Positions 36,420 to 47,349 of a stretch of DNA of 64,000 bases are shown in pieces (position 1 is the stretch's first letter; every line of letters begins with the position of its first letter). The stretch is from Octopus vulgaris (taxonomy: Eukaryota): positions 16,864,001-16,928,000 of the forward strand of contig OX597837.1 in the NCBI GenBank assembly GCA_951406725.2, in the 5' to 3' direction. The position numbers and the translations under genes are program-made. The notes under the pieces were generated by a model that did no database searches, was not told the DNA's origin, and saw only the letters and a list, made by a program, of their open reading frames with translations.

Positions 36420-37720
36420 GCACCGTTTCAGAGCCACATACTCACGCATTTGGTAAGAGTGCAGATTGCATCGAATATCAATCTGGAGGTTAAGACAAGT
36501 AGTAACGTCGGTTCCTACAGAACAGCCATGTTTAAGTGGCGATAAGCATTATTTCTTAGTATAGTTACTTCATCTCTTATAGAAATTTTCTAACTAGCTA
36601 ATTTGCTTGTTGTAAAATAAGTGATTAATTGAACTATTGCGATCTCTAGCGAGGATGACCACAAAGAGGTCCAAAAGTATTCTCGTGGCTGAAAGATGGT
36701 AGGGATTCACTTCGCTGCTTACAATATATATCGGATGCTGATTGCATCGACTAACTAGCTGGAGGAGGCGTCCTCCTGGGATTAAAAATAGCAGTAAGTG
36801 GCAGTAGAGATGAAGTGAACAGGGAGGAAAGGGTCAGTGACGTTAATGGCTGAGAGGCCCTACCGGAAGAGGAAGCGTGAGTGAGGTCAAGTGGGCGGAA
36901 GTAGGACCAGAGTGGGCCTCTTTGCCATCGGGCAGTGGGAGTGGAAGGAAGTATGTAGATGTTCGAGCTAGAAAGGTATTTTGCTGTAGGTTCTAGCGAT
37001 GGGTTAGACGGGTAGGGTGCATTTCGGATTTAACCCTGTTGGACAGTCGATACTGAGAGGTAGATGAATCGCGCTTTGTTCCTCATTGTTACAAGCTATT
37101 TCGGTTCTCGTATATATGTATTTTTCCCTTTTGTTATTGTTGTCCTTTTCCACGAGAAGTCAGCAAAAATAAGGATCGGTAGCGATGCCATAAGACCTTT
37201 CTGTGGCAAGGGAGATGTTATCGCCTGGATCCGTAAGAACAAGCTGCAAAGCATTGAAGATGTAGCAGGTTTCATGGATCTGTATCTGGATGAAAACGCG
37301 CTAGCGCTTATACCTCGAAATGGATGAAACAGACTAACTGGATGCAGAGGAGATTGACCGGGGCCTGGCGGAAGCCTTTTTGGGCTAAACACACGTACAT
37401 AATCACACACACTCGCATTTGGTTGGGGCTTACTCTCCTGCTGGCAATATATATCGGGTGCAGATTGCATCGAAAAACCACCTGGAGAAGACATCCACCT
37501 GAGGTTAAAATAGCAGTAACGTCGGTTCCTACGGAACAGCCATGTTTAAGTAGCTGTGAAGATGTGCGAGCTAGAAAAGAAATTTGCCGTAAGTTCTAGC
37601 GAGATGGGTAGGGAGCATCTCGGATTTAACCCAGTTGGACAGTCGACACTGTGAGGTATGTGAATCGCGCTTAGTTTCTCATACTACAATTCTCATATTA
37701 CAGTGGCGATAAGCATTACT
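36420..37720 (+). mobile_element. Degenerate Gypsy-like LTR/gag remnant with internal direct duplications
   Basis: AIRPFCGKGDVIAWIRK...IEDVAGFMDLYLDENALAL gag-like peptide; 36440-36535 resembles 37408-37550; 36958-37092 resembles 37560-37689. Confidence 0.6.
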
Positions 37721-37795
37721 TCGTAATTGTAATCATTTTAGATAACTTAAAAGGCAAACAACAGATGTCATATTTCATTTAGATATAGTAATTTA

Positions 37796-38236
37796 CTAGC
37801 AAAGATACCCGGTGTTGTTCGGGATTAACATAGTATAGTTTGTATACACACACACACATACATACGCATATATATATATATTTTATAAAGGGCTTAGTAA
37901 AATAAATTACTTTGCCACATACTGAACTCATTAGAAATAGCAGCCAAAAAAAAAATTTTTTTTAGCCATTTCTAATACTTAAAGAAAATTTCTCTCAGAT
38001 AGTGTTTACTCAAAATAAACACTATCTGAGAGAAATTTTCTTTAAGTATTAGAAATGGCTAAAAAAATTTTTTTTTTGGCTGCTATTTCTAATGAGTTCA
38101 GTATGTGGCAAAGTAATTTATTTTACTAAGCCCTTTATAAAATGTAATATTTTGAATTCGCCTTAAATGGTCCCTTTACATACTGAATACTTGGTGAAAT
38201 TGATTAATAATTAATTAATTTTACCCTCAATTGTTG

Positions 38237-38277
<41 letters not shown>

Positions 38278-38960
38278 CAGTTATGTTGAAACAGGAAAGT
38301 GTAGCATTGACGGCAAAACATTTGTGGAGTAAATTTCGAAGCTTTGCATAAACGACAATTTGAGTTTAGTACATCAATTTGGATAGAATAATCATTTTTA
38401 TATTAATGGGATGGATCATACCTGAGAGCAACTCCAAGTACTATGAAGATCGAATTTGTATGTAGTCTGCTTCTGAGAGCTATTCTATCGGACCTCTGTG
38501 TAATCTGGCGTGCTAAACATTGTTTTAATGATTCAGCATTAAGTGCTGCAACATGCCTTTGCTAATCTTGAAAAAGTCACATTTCCATTCTGTCTTGAGA
38601 CTCCATTTGATGTACTGCAGCATGCCTTTGCTAATCTTGAGAATGTTTCATCTCCCTTCTGTCTTGGAACCCCATCAGACATGCTGCAACATGGTTTTGC
38701 TGATGTTGAGAAAGTCTCCTCTCTTTTCTCTCTTGACATTGTACTTGACGTGCTGCATCATGTGTTTGATGATCTTTGGAAAGGGTCATGTCCCTTATTG
38801 AGATTCTATTTGACGTGCTGCAGCATGCTGTTGCTGATGTTAAGAAAGTTTCGTGTTCCTTATGTCTTGAGACTCTCGCCTTCGATTTTCTGCACTCCCC
38901 ACTTGCTTTATAAGTGTTTCTGGAGAGATTAAGTTTTTTCTTTGGTGGCATATTGTTTTT
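37796..38960 (-). mobile_element. Helitron derivative: 3' end at 37796 and N-terminal repeat region at 38520-38950; 5' boundary not determined
   Basis: Minus strand cccgaacaacaccggg hairpin plus CTAG|T; MPPKKKLNLSRNTYKA followed by ~62-nt repeats (ERRLSQHQQNHVAA-like). Confidence 0.55.
37880..38143. repeat. Near-perfect palindrome, ~128-bp arms, 7-nt loop
   Basis: ttttataaagggcttagtaaa...gatagtgttta-ctcaaaa-taaacactatc...tttactaagccctttataaaa. Confidence 0.97.
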
Positions 38961-39433
38961 CAATATTTTAAACAAAAAATTATGAACATAGAAAAAATAT
39001 ACATTAATCTGTATTTTTGTAAGCAGTTGAGTGTAGTATGTCTATATTTCTGTATGCAGTGTAAATTAACCAAACATAAGCAAATTGTAAATACCTTGCA
39101 ACTTTTCAACTGCTGCGATAGTTATGAACTGTTAATTGAACGGCAGATGTGTATTTTTATATAACTTGGACTTTTCACGTAATTGTTTTTTATCAAGAGT
39201 TTCAGTTCCAGGCGTTCTCGTTACATATGTATATGAATATGTAGATGTATGTGTGTGTTTAATAATGTACGTAACGAGCGCGCAAACACACATACACTCA
39301 CAGACACATACATATTCATATACAAAATGTGACGATACGCACACATACACTCTCACATACAGTCACATACGCCACAGAAACCGGGAAACCAGGCCCATGA
39401 ACCTGGCTAGGCTTGAAAAGGGCGACGTTTATC

Positions 39434-39477
<44 letters not shown>

Positions 39478-39480
39478 GTA

Positions 39481-39545
<65 letters not shown>

Positions 39546-39969
39546 GCACTTCTTTGTTACGTCCCTTTTTGTGTTACATTTTTTTGCTCGTTTACCCCTC
39601 TACGAGTTATTTTATTTTAATTCTCTCGTAGAAAGGCCTAGCTTGACCTTACGTGTTCTGTCTCTGCCTTCGAAACACGTGTCTGCTAGCGACAGCTGAT
39701 GAAGGGGATTTTTCCTTGTGTAGCATGTCCTGTACTTCGTTTTTCTGCTGCACATAATTGTTTTTCCCGTTTTCGTTTTCGTTTCGTCTTGTTCCACGTC
39801 TCTGTCCTTCTGTTGTAACAAAATGTCTTCTCCGTTTTCGTTCTGTTGATTTTTTCGTTTTCTTGTGATGTCCTGTACTTATATACATATTTATATATGC
39901 ATGTATATATACATGTAGATGTCGGTACGTACATATATGTTTGTATGTATGCATATATTTTATTTATTA

Positions 39970-40014
<45 letters not shown>

Positions 40015-40020
<6 letters not shown>

Positions 40021-40721
40021 AAATAATAAGAGTGAAAAATTGAATGTCAATTTAAAATCAGTGGCCTATCATATTGAAAAATCTGAAGATTCAGAAAAAT
40101 TATATTACATATATATAAGAGGGATGACCACTAAGTGGACATCCATTATGCTACAGGTAGACCCCATATTGTCTGACCACTAAGAAAAGATTGTTCTCAA
40201 TAAAATTCAGCAAACGCCAGAACGTAAGCGAGCAAGACAAATGAAACGATACAAAATATAAAGATTAATCACAAACCCAGCTTCATTGTTACCACTTACG
40301 TAATACTTACGTAAATGTCCGCAATTCATCAGTGTGATCGTCATAGGAAAATATAATTTTCATAACTATACATGAGACGTTCGCATGAAATTGAACATGC
40401 ATATAGTTCTACCAATTACATTTGGGGTTATATTTCAAAAGTTTTCGTTTTGGTGTGCCAAAATACCAGAAATAATTCTACAGAAAATAATTCTCTGCCG
40501 TGAATTGTGTTGGTTAGAGAACATAGTTATATAAATTTAGATAATAAGGGAGCAGAATTGAATATTAATTTGATTAATATCAATTTAAAACCAGTGGCCT
40601 AGCATATTGAAACATCTGAAGATTCAGAAAAATTATATTACATACATATAAGAGGGATGACCACTAAGTCTGGCGTTTGCTGAATTTTCTTGAGAACAAT
40701 CTTTTCTTAGTGGCCATCTCT

Positions 40722-40725
<4 letters not shown>
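40015..40725 (-). mobile_element. (TA)n-flanked pLTR-like composite with direct and inverted internal repeats
   Basis: 40020-40136 resembles 40540-40668 (direct); 40178-40221 is inverted relative to 40669-40713; contains a hammerhead motif. Confidence 0.65.
40268..40338 (-). ncRNA. Type I hammerhead motif, GAAG variant
   Basis: Minus strand atcaca-CTGATGA-attg...caat-GAAGC-tgg-GTT-tgtgat; perfect 6-bp stem I. Confidence 0.72.
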
Positions 40726-40787
<62 letters not shown>

Positions 40788-40790
<3 letters not shown>

Positions 40791-40938
40791 GCTTGCTTAC
40801 CAGCGACAGAGTTCCGGGTTCAGTCCCACTGCGTGACATCTTGGGCAAGTGTCTTCAACTATAGCCTCGGAGCAACCAAAACCTTGTGAGTGGATTTGGT
40901 ATACGGAAACTCAAAGAATCCCGTGGTATATATGTATA

Positions 40939-40983
<45 letters not shown>

Positions 40984-41227
40984 GTGTGTGTGTATGTGTG
41001 CGTGTGTGTGTGTGTTTGTGTGTCTGTGTTTGTCCCCCTAGCATTGCTTGACAAAACGATGCTTGTGTGTTTACGTCCCCGTCGTTAAGCGGTTCGGCAA
41101 AAGAGACCGACAGAATAGGTACTGGACTTACAAAGAATAAGTCCCGGGGTCGATTTGCTCGACTAAAGTTAGTGCTCCAGCATGGCTGCAGTCAAATGAC
41201 TGAAACAAGTAAAAGAGTAAATGAGTA
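40788..41227 (+). mobile_element. SINE family 2, 5'-truncated
   Basis: Matches 24100-24499. Confidence 0.85.
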
Positions 41228-41319
41228 TATATATATAAGGTTAAAAAGGAACACACGAGTTGATATATATGGAAAAAGTCAAGACAGAAAATGCTAAAAT
41301 AATTTTATAAAAAACATTT

Positions 41320-41355
41320 CAGTACCAGTTTCAGTCATTGGGACTTTTTCAACTG
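41320..41355 (-). ncRNA. Minimal type I hammerhead, U3-A8 variant (inverted copy)
   Basis: Minus strand cag-TTGAAAA-agtc-ccaat-gact-GAAAC-tg-GTA-ctg. Confidence 0.7.
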
Positions 41356-42004
41356 TAAGTATGGAAAACAATTAAATTTTGGAAAAATTAAAAGGAAAGT
41401 TTTTTAAAAGAATATTTGCATAGTGTTCAAATACAAGTGGCATTTTTCTTGTTTTTGCCTGTTTCTCTCTGTCTTGTTTAGTCTTGTGGGTTCGAGGTCC
41501 TTGTGAATTCTTTGTAGGGATGAAGAAGAAGAAGAAGAAGAAGAAGAAGAAGAAGAAGAAGAAGAAGAAGAAGAAGAAAAAGAAGAAGAAGAAGAAGAAG
41601 AAGAAGAAGAAGAAGAAGAAGAAGAAGAAGAAGAAGAAGAAGAAGAAGAATGCGTGAGTGCCATGACAGTAGTATGCTGAATGGTCAACTGCCCCAAAAG
41701 TGACCCGCTGTGGATGGTAGTAGTGATTGAATTCCTGAAACATCTCTTTTGAATGTTTTGTTTATAAAATTTGTGTAGTTGTTATTTTAAACAGCAATAG
41801 TGGTAAAGTTATGAAGGAGGTGGCGGAAAGGGGGAAGACAAAAAAGAAGAAGAAGAAAGAGAAGAGAGAATAAGAAGAAATGTAGGTAGTAGGATAGTAG
41901 TAAGGTGTTAAATGGTCAAGTGGCCTAACATTGACTCGTTATGGATTATAGCAGTGATTGGGACTGTTTTTTAATGAATTCTTGGGAATCTCTTGAGTGT
42001 ATCA

Positions 42005-42026
42005 TCTGTGTATATATAAGGCAGGA

Positions 42027-42078
<52 letters not shown>

Positions 42079-43679
42079 TGAATGTAGTTTATGCACATCC
42101 ACAAATTAGCACGCATGTCGCTCAAATTTTAGGAGGACATTTGTCACGATCCTAGCTGTATTTTCGTCGAATTATTTTACCCCGAGGCACCCGCGAATAG
42201 CGGTAAATAATTTTGAGCCATAACTTCAATTTTCACGGCGGAGAAACCCACTGTAGTGACGTCATTATTGTTTACAAAACATGAATTAAATCCCCTTCTA
42301 GCGACGGTGTAAAGAGAAGGAGGGAGAGAGAGGGAGAGAGAGAGAGATAACAGATTTTTTAAATTTCGTCTTTACTGAGTGATTGACAGACAAAAACAGA
42401 CAGACAGGTGTTGTTATGTATGTATGTATGTGTGAAAGGCTTCAATCACAGACACACACACGAGCATGTGTGTGTACAAAACACATGCTTGTAATGTGTG
42501 TGTTGACCGTATATATATATATATACACAATATAAACGATATTCTCCGTTTCTCCACAACTAATTTCCAAATTAGCTGAATCCGTTGCTCTACTCAGCGA
42601 TATATAGCTGGTCGTGCGTGAACATGGGGGATAGCAGAGGTTATCAGAGCAAAAGATCTACGTGTTGAAGATAGACACGCTCCTTAGCAAACGATCAGCT
42701 ATTATTTTGTAAACAATGTTTCGAAACTATTCATGTTTTCGAATGGAGAGATCTGACTCTCACATCTCTGCGGGAGAAGGTAGGTTTCTCTATTCTTGTT
42801 ACAAAACTTACGTCCGGATGCCAAATTTGTTTCAATTGATGGTATTACTCGGGTAGGAAGTGGTGGTGGGACAGGGGCAGGGGCAAAGGCGTGCAAAAAC
42901 ATGTATGCAATAGGTGTATGTACGTATATTTTGTGTGTGTGTGTTGCCCATATATATATATACTTAGTTGTGATCTGAACAGATCGGGGGGCCCTTTTGG
43001 GCGTTCTAGTTTTCTTGCTGGAAGGGTTCCCAACCCATGGGCAAAGTGGGGTTACATGATGGGGGTGGTGTTTTCAAAAGGGTTGGCATATGCAACCTGA
43101 TCACCTCTGCCGATCAAACTCCCAACCCATGCGCTCCCGTGGCGACACTGATTCTGCAGAACTGGGTTGGGTAAGAAAACCAGCTTTAAAGCATAAATAT
43201 AGATGTTTTTGAATCAGCAATGTTCGGTTAAGTCCTATTTGGGATGAAAAATCAATAAACTGATTCCTTATGGGATTTTCCATTTAATCAGAATTTAAAA
43301 AATCGATAAACCGATTCCTTATAGGACTTCCCACTAAAATTGGTTACACCCCATTTTCAACCATAACGTCCACCAATTTTGATGTATTTTGTTCAAACTT
43401 GATGCCAGCATTACTTAGGACTCATGGGATCTTTGAATGCTTTTAGTTCTCCAAAAAACGAAAAAAAAAAACAATCGATGAGTGGAAAAAATCGATAAAC
43501 CGATTCCTTATGGGATTTCCCAATCAAATTTTCTACAAAATTTCACCCAAAAGTTTACCAATTTCAACGGATTTCACTCAAATTTTACGTCGACGTTACT
43601 TAGTTTGCTTTGAAATAAAGAGCTTGATTATCTTAATAATCCTAACTTAATCCCGAGCAAAGCCGGGCTATACTACTAG
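42005..43679 (+). mobile_element. Non-autonomous Helitron inserted in the Penelope inverted arm
   Basis: A|TCTGTGTATATATAAGG start; cccgagcaaagccggg hairpin plus CTAG|T end; the uninterrupted site is seen in the mirror arm at ~44500-44530. Confidence 0.92.
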
Positions 43680-45064
43680 TTTTTTTATATTTGCGTGTGT
43701 ATTTGTGTTATACTAAGACCGTGGTGGATATGTCGTTTGTTGTAGACGCGTTCAAAAGGGGTCTGTATCTTGTAATAAAGAGAGTCTCTTTACTTATTCG
43801 TTGGCTACAGGTTGTATCGTCCCTGAATTGGTAGAGGGGAAAAATTCTGAAGCTTGGATTTTTATTATTGGCGAGAATGAAGCCTTCGACAACATCATTC
43901 AAAACATTCCCCTGCTTAAAAAAGGACCACAGAATGAACTTAATCTTCCAAACACACACCATCATAAAAAGCAAGAGACAGCCCAAATCTATGAAAAGTC
44001 TCCTAACACAAGCCCGAATACGCTCAACAACACAGAAGCCGACAGTAAAAAAAATGCGGAAGACCCAACTATAAGATATGCGTCAATTTAATTGAGGGAT
44101 CAGCGGTCTCCTTCAAACAGGGACAACGTTCGTTTCACAGTGAAAAGCAACTTCACATGTGCTTCGGAGAACCTGATATACGCACTAACCTGCTCTGGGT
44201 GCCAAGAGCAATACATAGGCCAAACAAAAAACAGTCTACGTAAAAGAATGGCTCTGCACAGATCCCAGATCCAAATTCCCCAAAACAGAACAATAGCATT
44301 CAGCCAACTATAGACATTTGCGCCAATAATAAAATTCCAAGCTTCAGAATTTTTCCCCTCTACCAATTCAGGGACGATACAACCTGTAGCCAACGAATTA
44401 GTAAAGAGAATCTCTTTATTAAAGATACAGACGCCTTTTGAATGCGTCTACAACAAGCGACATATCCACCACAGTCTTAGAATAACACAAATACACACGC
44501 AAATATTTAAAATGATACACTCAAGAGATTCCCAAGAATTCATTAAAAAACAGGCCCAATCACTGCTATAATCCATAACGAGCCAATGTTAGGCCACTTG
44601 ACCATTTAACACCATACTACTATCATACTACCTACATTTCTTCTTATTCTCCCTGCTCTTTCTTCTTCTTCTTCTTTGTCTTCTCCGCCATCTCCTTCAT
44701 AACTTTACCACTATTACTGTTTAGAATAACACACAAATTTTATAAACAAAACATTCAAAAGAGATGTTTCAGGAATTCAATCAGTACTACTATCCACAGC
44801 GGGTCACGCACGCATTCTTCTTCTTCTTCTTCTTCTTCTTCTTCTTCTTCTTCTTCTTCTTCTTCTTCTTCTTCTTCTTCTTCTTCTTCTTCTTCTTCTT
44901 CCCTACTAAGAATTCACAATGACCTCGAACCCACAAGACTAAACAAGACAGAGAGAAACAGGCAAAAACAAGGAAAATGCCACTTGTATTTGAACACTAT
45001 GCAAATATTCTTTTAAAAACTTTCCTTTTAATTTTTCCAAAATTTAATTGTTTTCCATACTTTA

Positions 45065-45100
45065 CAGTTGAAAAAGTCCCAATGACTGAAACCGGTACTG
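45065..45100 (+). ncRNA. Minimal type I hammerhead, U3-A8 variant (sense 3' pLTR)
   Basis: cag-TTGAAAA-agtc-ccaat-gact-GAAAC-cg-GTA-ctg. Confidence 0.75.
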
Positions 45101-45182
45101 AAATGTTTTTTATAAAATTATTTTAGCATTTTCTATCTTGACTTTATTTTCCATATATATATATATATATGGTGCTATGTGA

Positions 45183-45458
45183 AGTCGCATGACTCAGTGG
45201 TTAGAGCGTCGAGCTTATGATCGTGAGGTTGTGAGTTCGAATCTCGGACTGAGCTACGTATTGTGTACTTGCTCCAGTTCACTCAGCAGTATCGGCCTTT
45301 GCCTTTCCCTTGGCTAACACTGGTGACGTGGAGAGGGGAGGCCGGTATGCATGGGTGACTGCTGGTCTTCCATAAACAACCTTGCCGGGACTTGTGCCTG
45401 GGAGGGTAACTTTCTAGGTGTAATCCCATGCTCAGTCATGACCGAAGGGGTTCTCAGC
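45183..45458 (+). mobile_element. tRNA-derived SINE family 3
   Basis: tgactcagtggttagagc A-box, gagttcgaatc B-box; body matches 48703-49010 in reverse. Confidence 0.85.
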
Positions 45459-45488
45459 ATATATATATATATATATATAGATAGATAT

Positions 45489-45564
<76 letters not shown>

Positions 45565-45999
45565 AACTTACTTAGAAGTGGATGCGTGCGTTCTATCATA
45601 TAATAACAAAATTATAAATAAAACATATGCATATATACATACATATATGTACGTACCTACATCTATATGTATATATACATGCATATATGAGTACAGGACA
45701 CCAAAAAAAAAACGTCGAACACAATGAAAAACGAAAATATAAACATAAAACCAAGGAAATGGACATTTTTCTTAAACAACGAAAAAATAGAGTACAAGAC
45801 ATACAACACAAGAAGATTGTTTTTACTCTCCTGTTTTTGTTACCATTTTTACCCCTCCGCAAAAAAATCTCAAATTTTATTTAATTTGCTTTTGCAGGTA
45901 GGACTGTTTCAACGAAGTCGTGTCTCGCCTTTACCTTCGAAACGCAGAGTAGATGAAACAGAGGCGGCTGAAGAAGGGGAATGTTCCTTGTGTGGGTGC

Positions 46000-47190
46000 T
46001 AAAAGGTTCCTGGTTTTGGGTAAAAGAACATACAAGAGGATCGGTAAATTATGATTTTATTCAACATATTCTCCGCTCAAATTCACATATTTATTGCAGC
46101 GGTCTTTCAGTTTTTCTAAACCCTCAGAATGTTTGGCGTGTAGCCAGGCTTTTCGCGACACCCTTAAAACCAGGAACTTCTCAACACCTCTTCGTAGATT
46201 ATTATATCTAAATGAAATATGCTAGTATTGCTCGAGAATTCCATCTTGCATTACTTAAGTTGGGTATTTTTTGAAACTTTATAGTAGGAAATTTTCCGGT
46301 TTCTTCAAAGAAACAAAAAACTCTGGTCAAATGAAATAGAAATTTTATGTCATTTCTCCATCCTGCTGATTCAGTAATCTTTTCTTCACCATTGTTGAAA
46401 TTAGTCTAGAGTTTCTCGTAACTACTTAGAAACTCTGGGATGAATGTATATTCAATATTGGGAGATGACTTTTTTCTCCAAGTACGTTATCCATTACAAC
46501 ACGAAGAACTCTGTCAATGATATGATGCTGACAACCAATAAATGGCGGTTTTTCAAACACTTTTGGGCAAATAGTCTTTGGAATTGAATGACAATACCAT
46601 TTCCTTTCCCAATGTTCACACTCGTTGTATCAGCGACAATCATCTTTACACAGTTCCATAAATTGTATTCATATAAAACAGCTGTTATTCCTTTCTAAAC
46701 AGTATTGGCTTTTCCCTCTGGTAATTGGAGTGCATCTAACTTAACTTCTCTCTGTTCATTCAAAATGCAATGACCAGTTTTCTAAATGTAGTGTTTTCTT
46801 CATTTTCTTTTTTAGTTTAACAGCTTCTTTGATAGTCGGTCTGTAAATACCAGATTGGGAAGGAGTCTCGACATTTATTCTCTCTTGAGGTAATTGTCGA
46901 CAAACTGTTGCTGTTTCAGGGCTGATAGCTTGGAAGATATTACTAACTTGGCTGCAGTTCCAGTTTTGCTATACTTCCTCCTTGTTTGTGTGGATTCTTC
47001 ATCTGATTTTTCGGACTCTTGATATTCACTTTCGGTCTTTGCTTCAGACGTTGACGGTGACACTGGAGTTGCTCTGGTTGAAGTTGACATTAAGAATACT
47101 TTTCTTTTGGATGGATAATTTTGGAACTGGCTGCCTTTCCAGTTGTAGACACACAGGATGTCGAAATATCGTTCACTAGATGACAATGGC
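46000..47190 (-). pseudogene. DDE-type DNA transposase remnant with CxxH motif (superfamily not resolved)
   Basis: Minus strand LDALQLPEGKANT..., MIVADTTSVNIGKGNG, FIGCQHHIIDRVL at ~46500-46740. Confidence 0.65.
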
Positions 47191-47244
47191 ACTCTATTAT
47201 TATTATCATCATAATCATCATCCTCCTCCTCCTCATCATCATCA

Positions 47245-47294
<50 letters not shown>

Positions 47295-47349
47295 TTTATA
47301 CTATATGGGTTACGATATTATGAAAATAAAAAAAAGAATGCATAAAAAA

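Larger units (their letters stand above)
41240..45155 (+). mobile_element. Penelope-like element with a long 5' inverted duplication (41250-43873 minus the Helitron, versus 44320-45155)
   Basis: GIY-YIG fragment NFTCASENLIYALTCSGCQEQYIGQTKNSLRKRMALHRSQI (ORF 44092-44313); mirrored (GAA)n/(TTC)n tracts; hammerhead in both arms; (TA)n flanks. Confidence 0.9.

Noticed and set aside
38520-38850. CRISPR-like repeat-spacer array
   Set aside because: Units are diverged along their whole length with no unique spacers, in a eukaryotic context with no cas genes.
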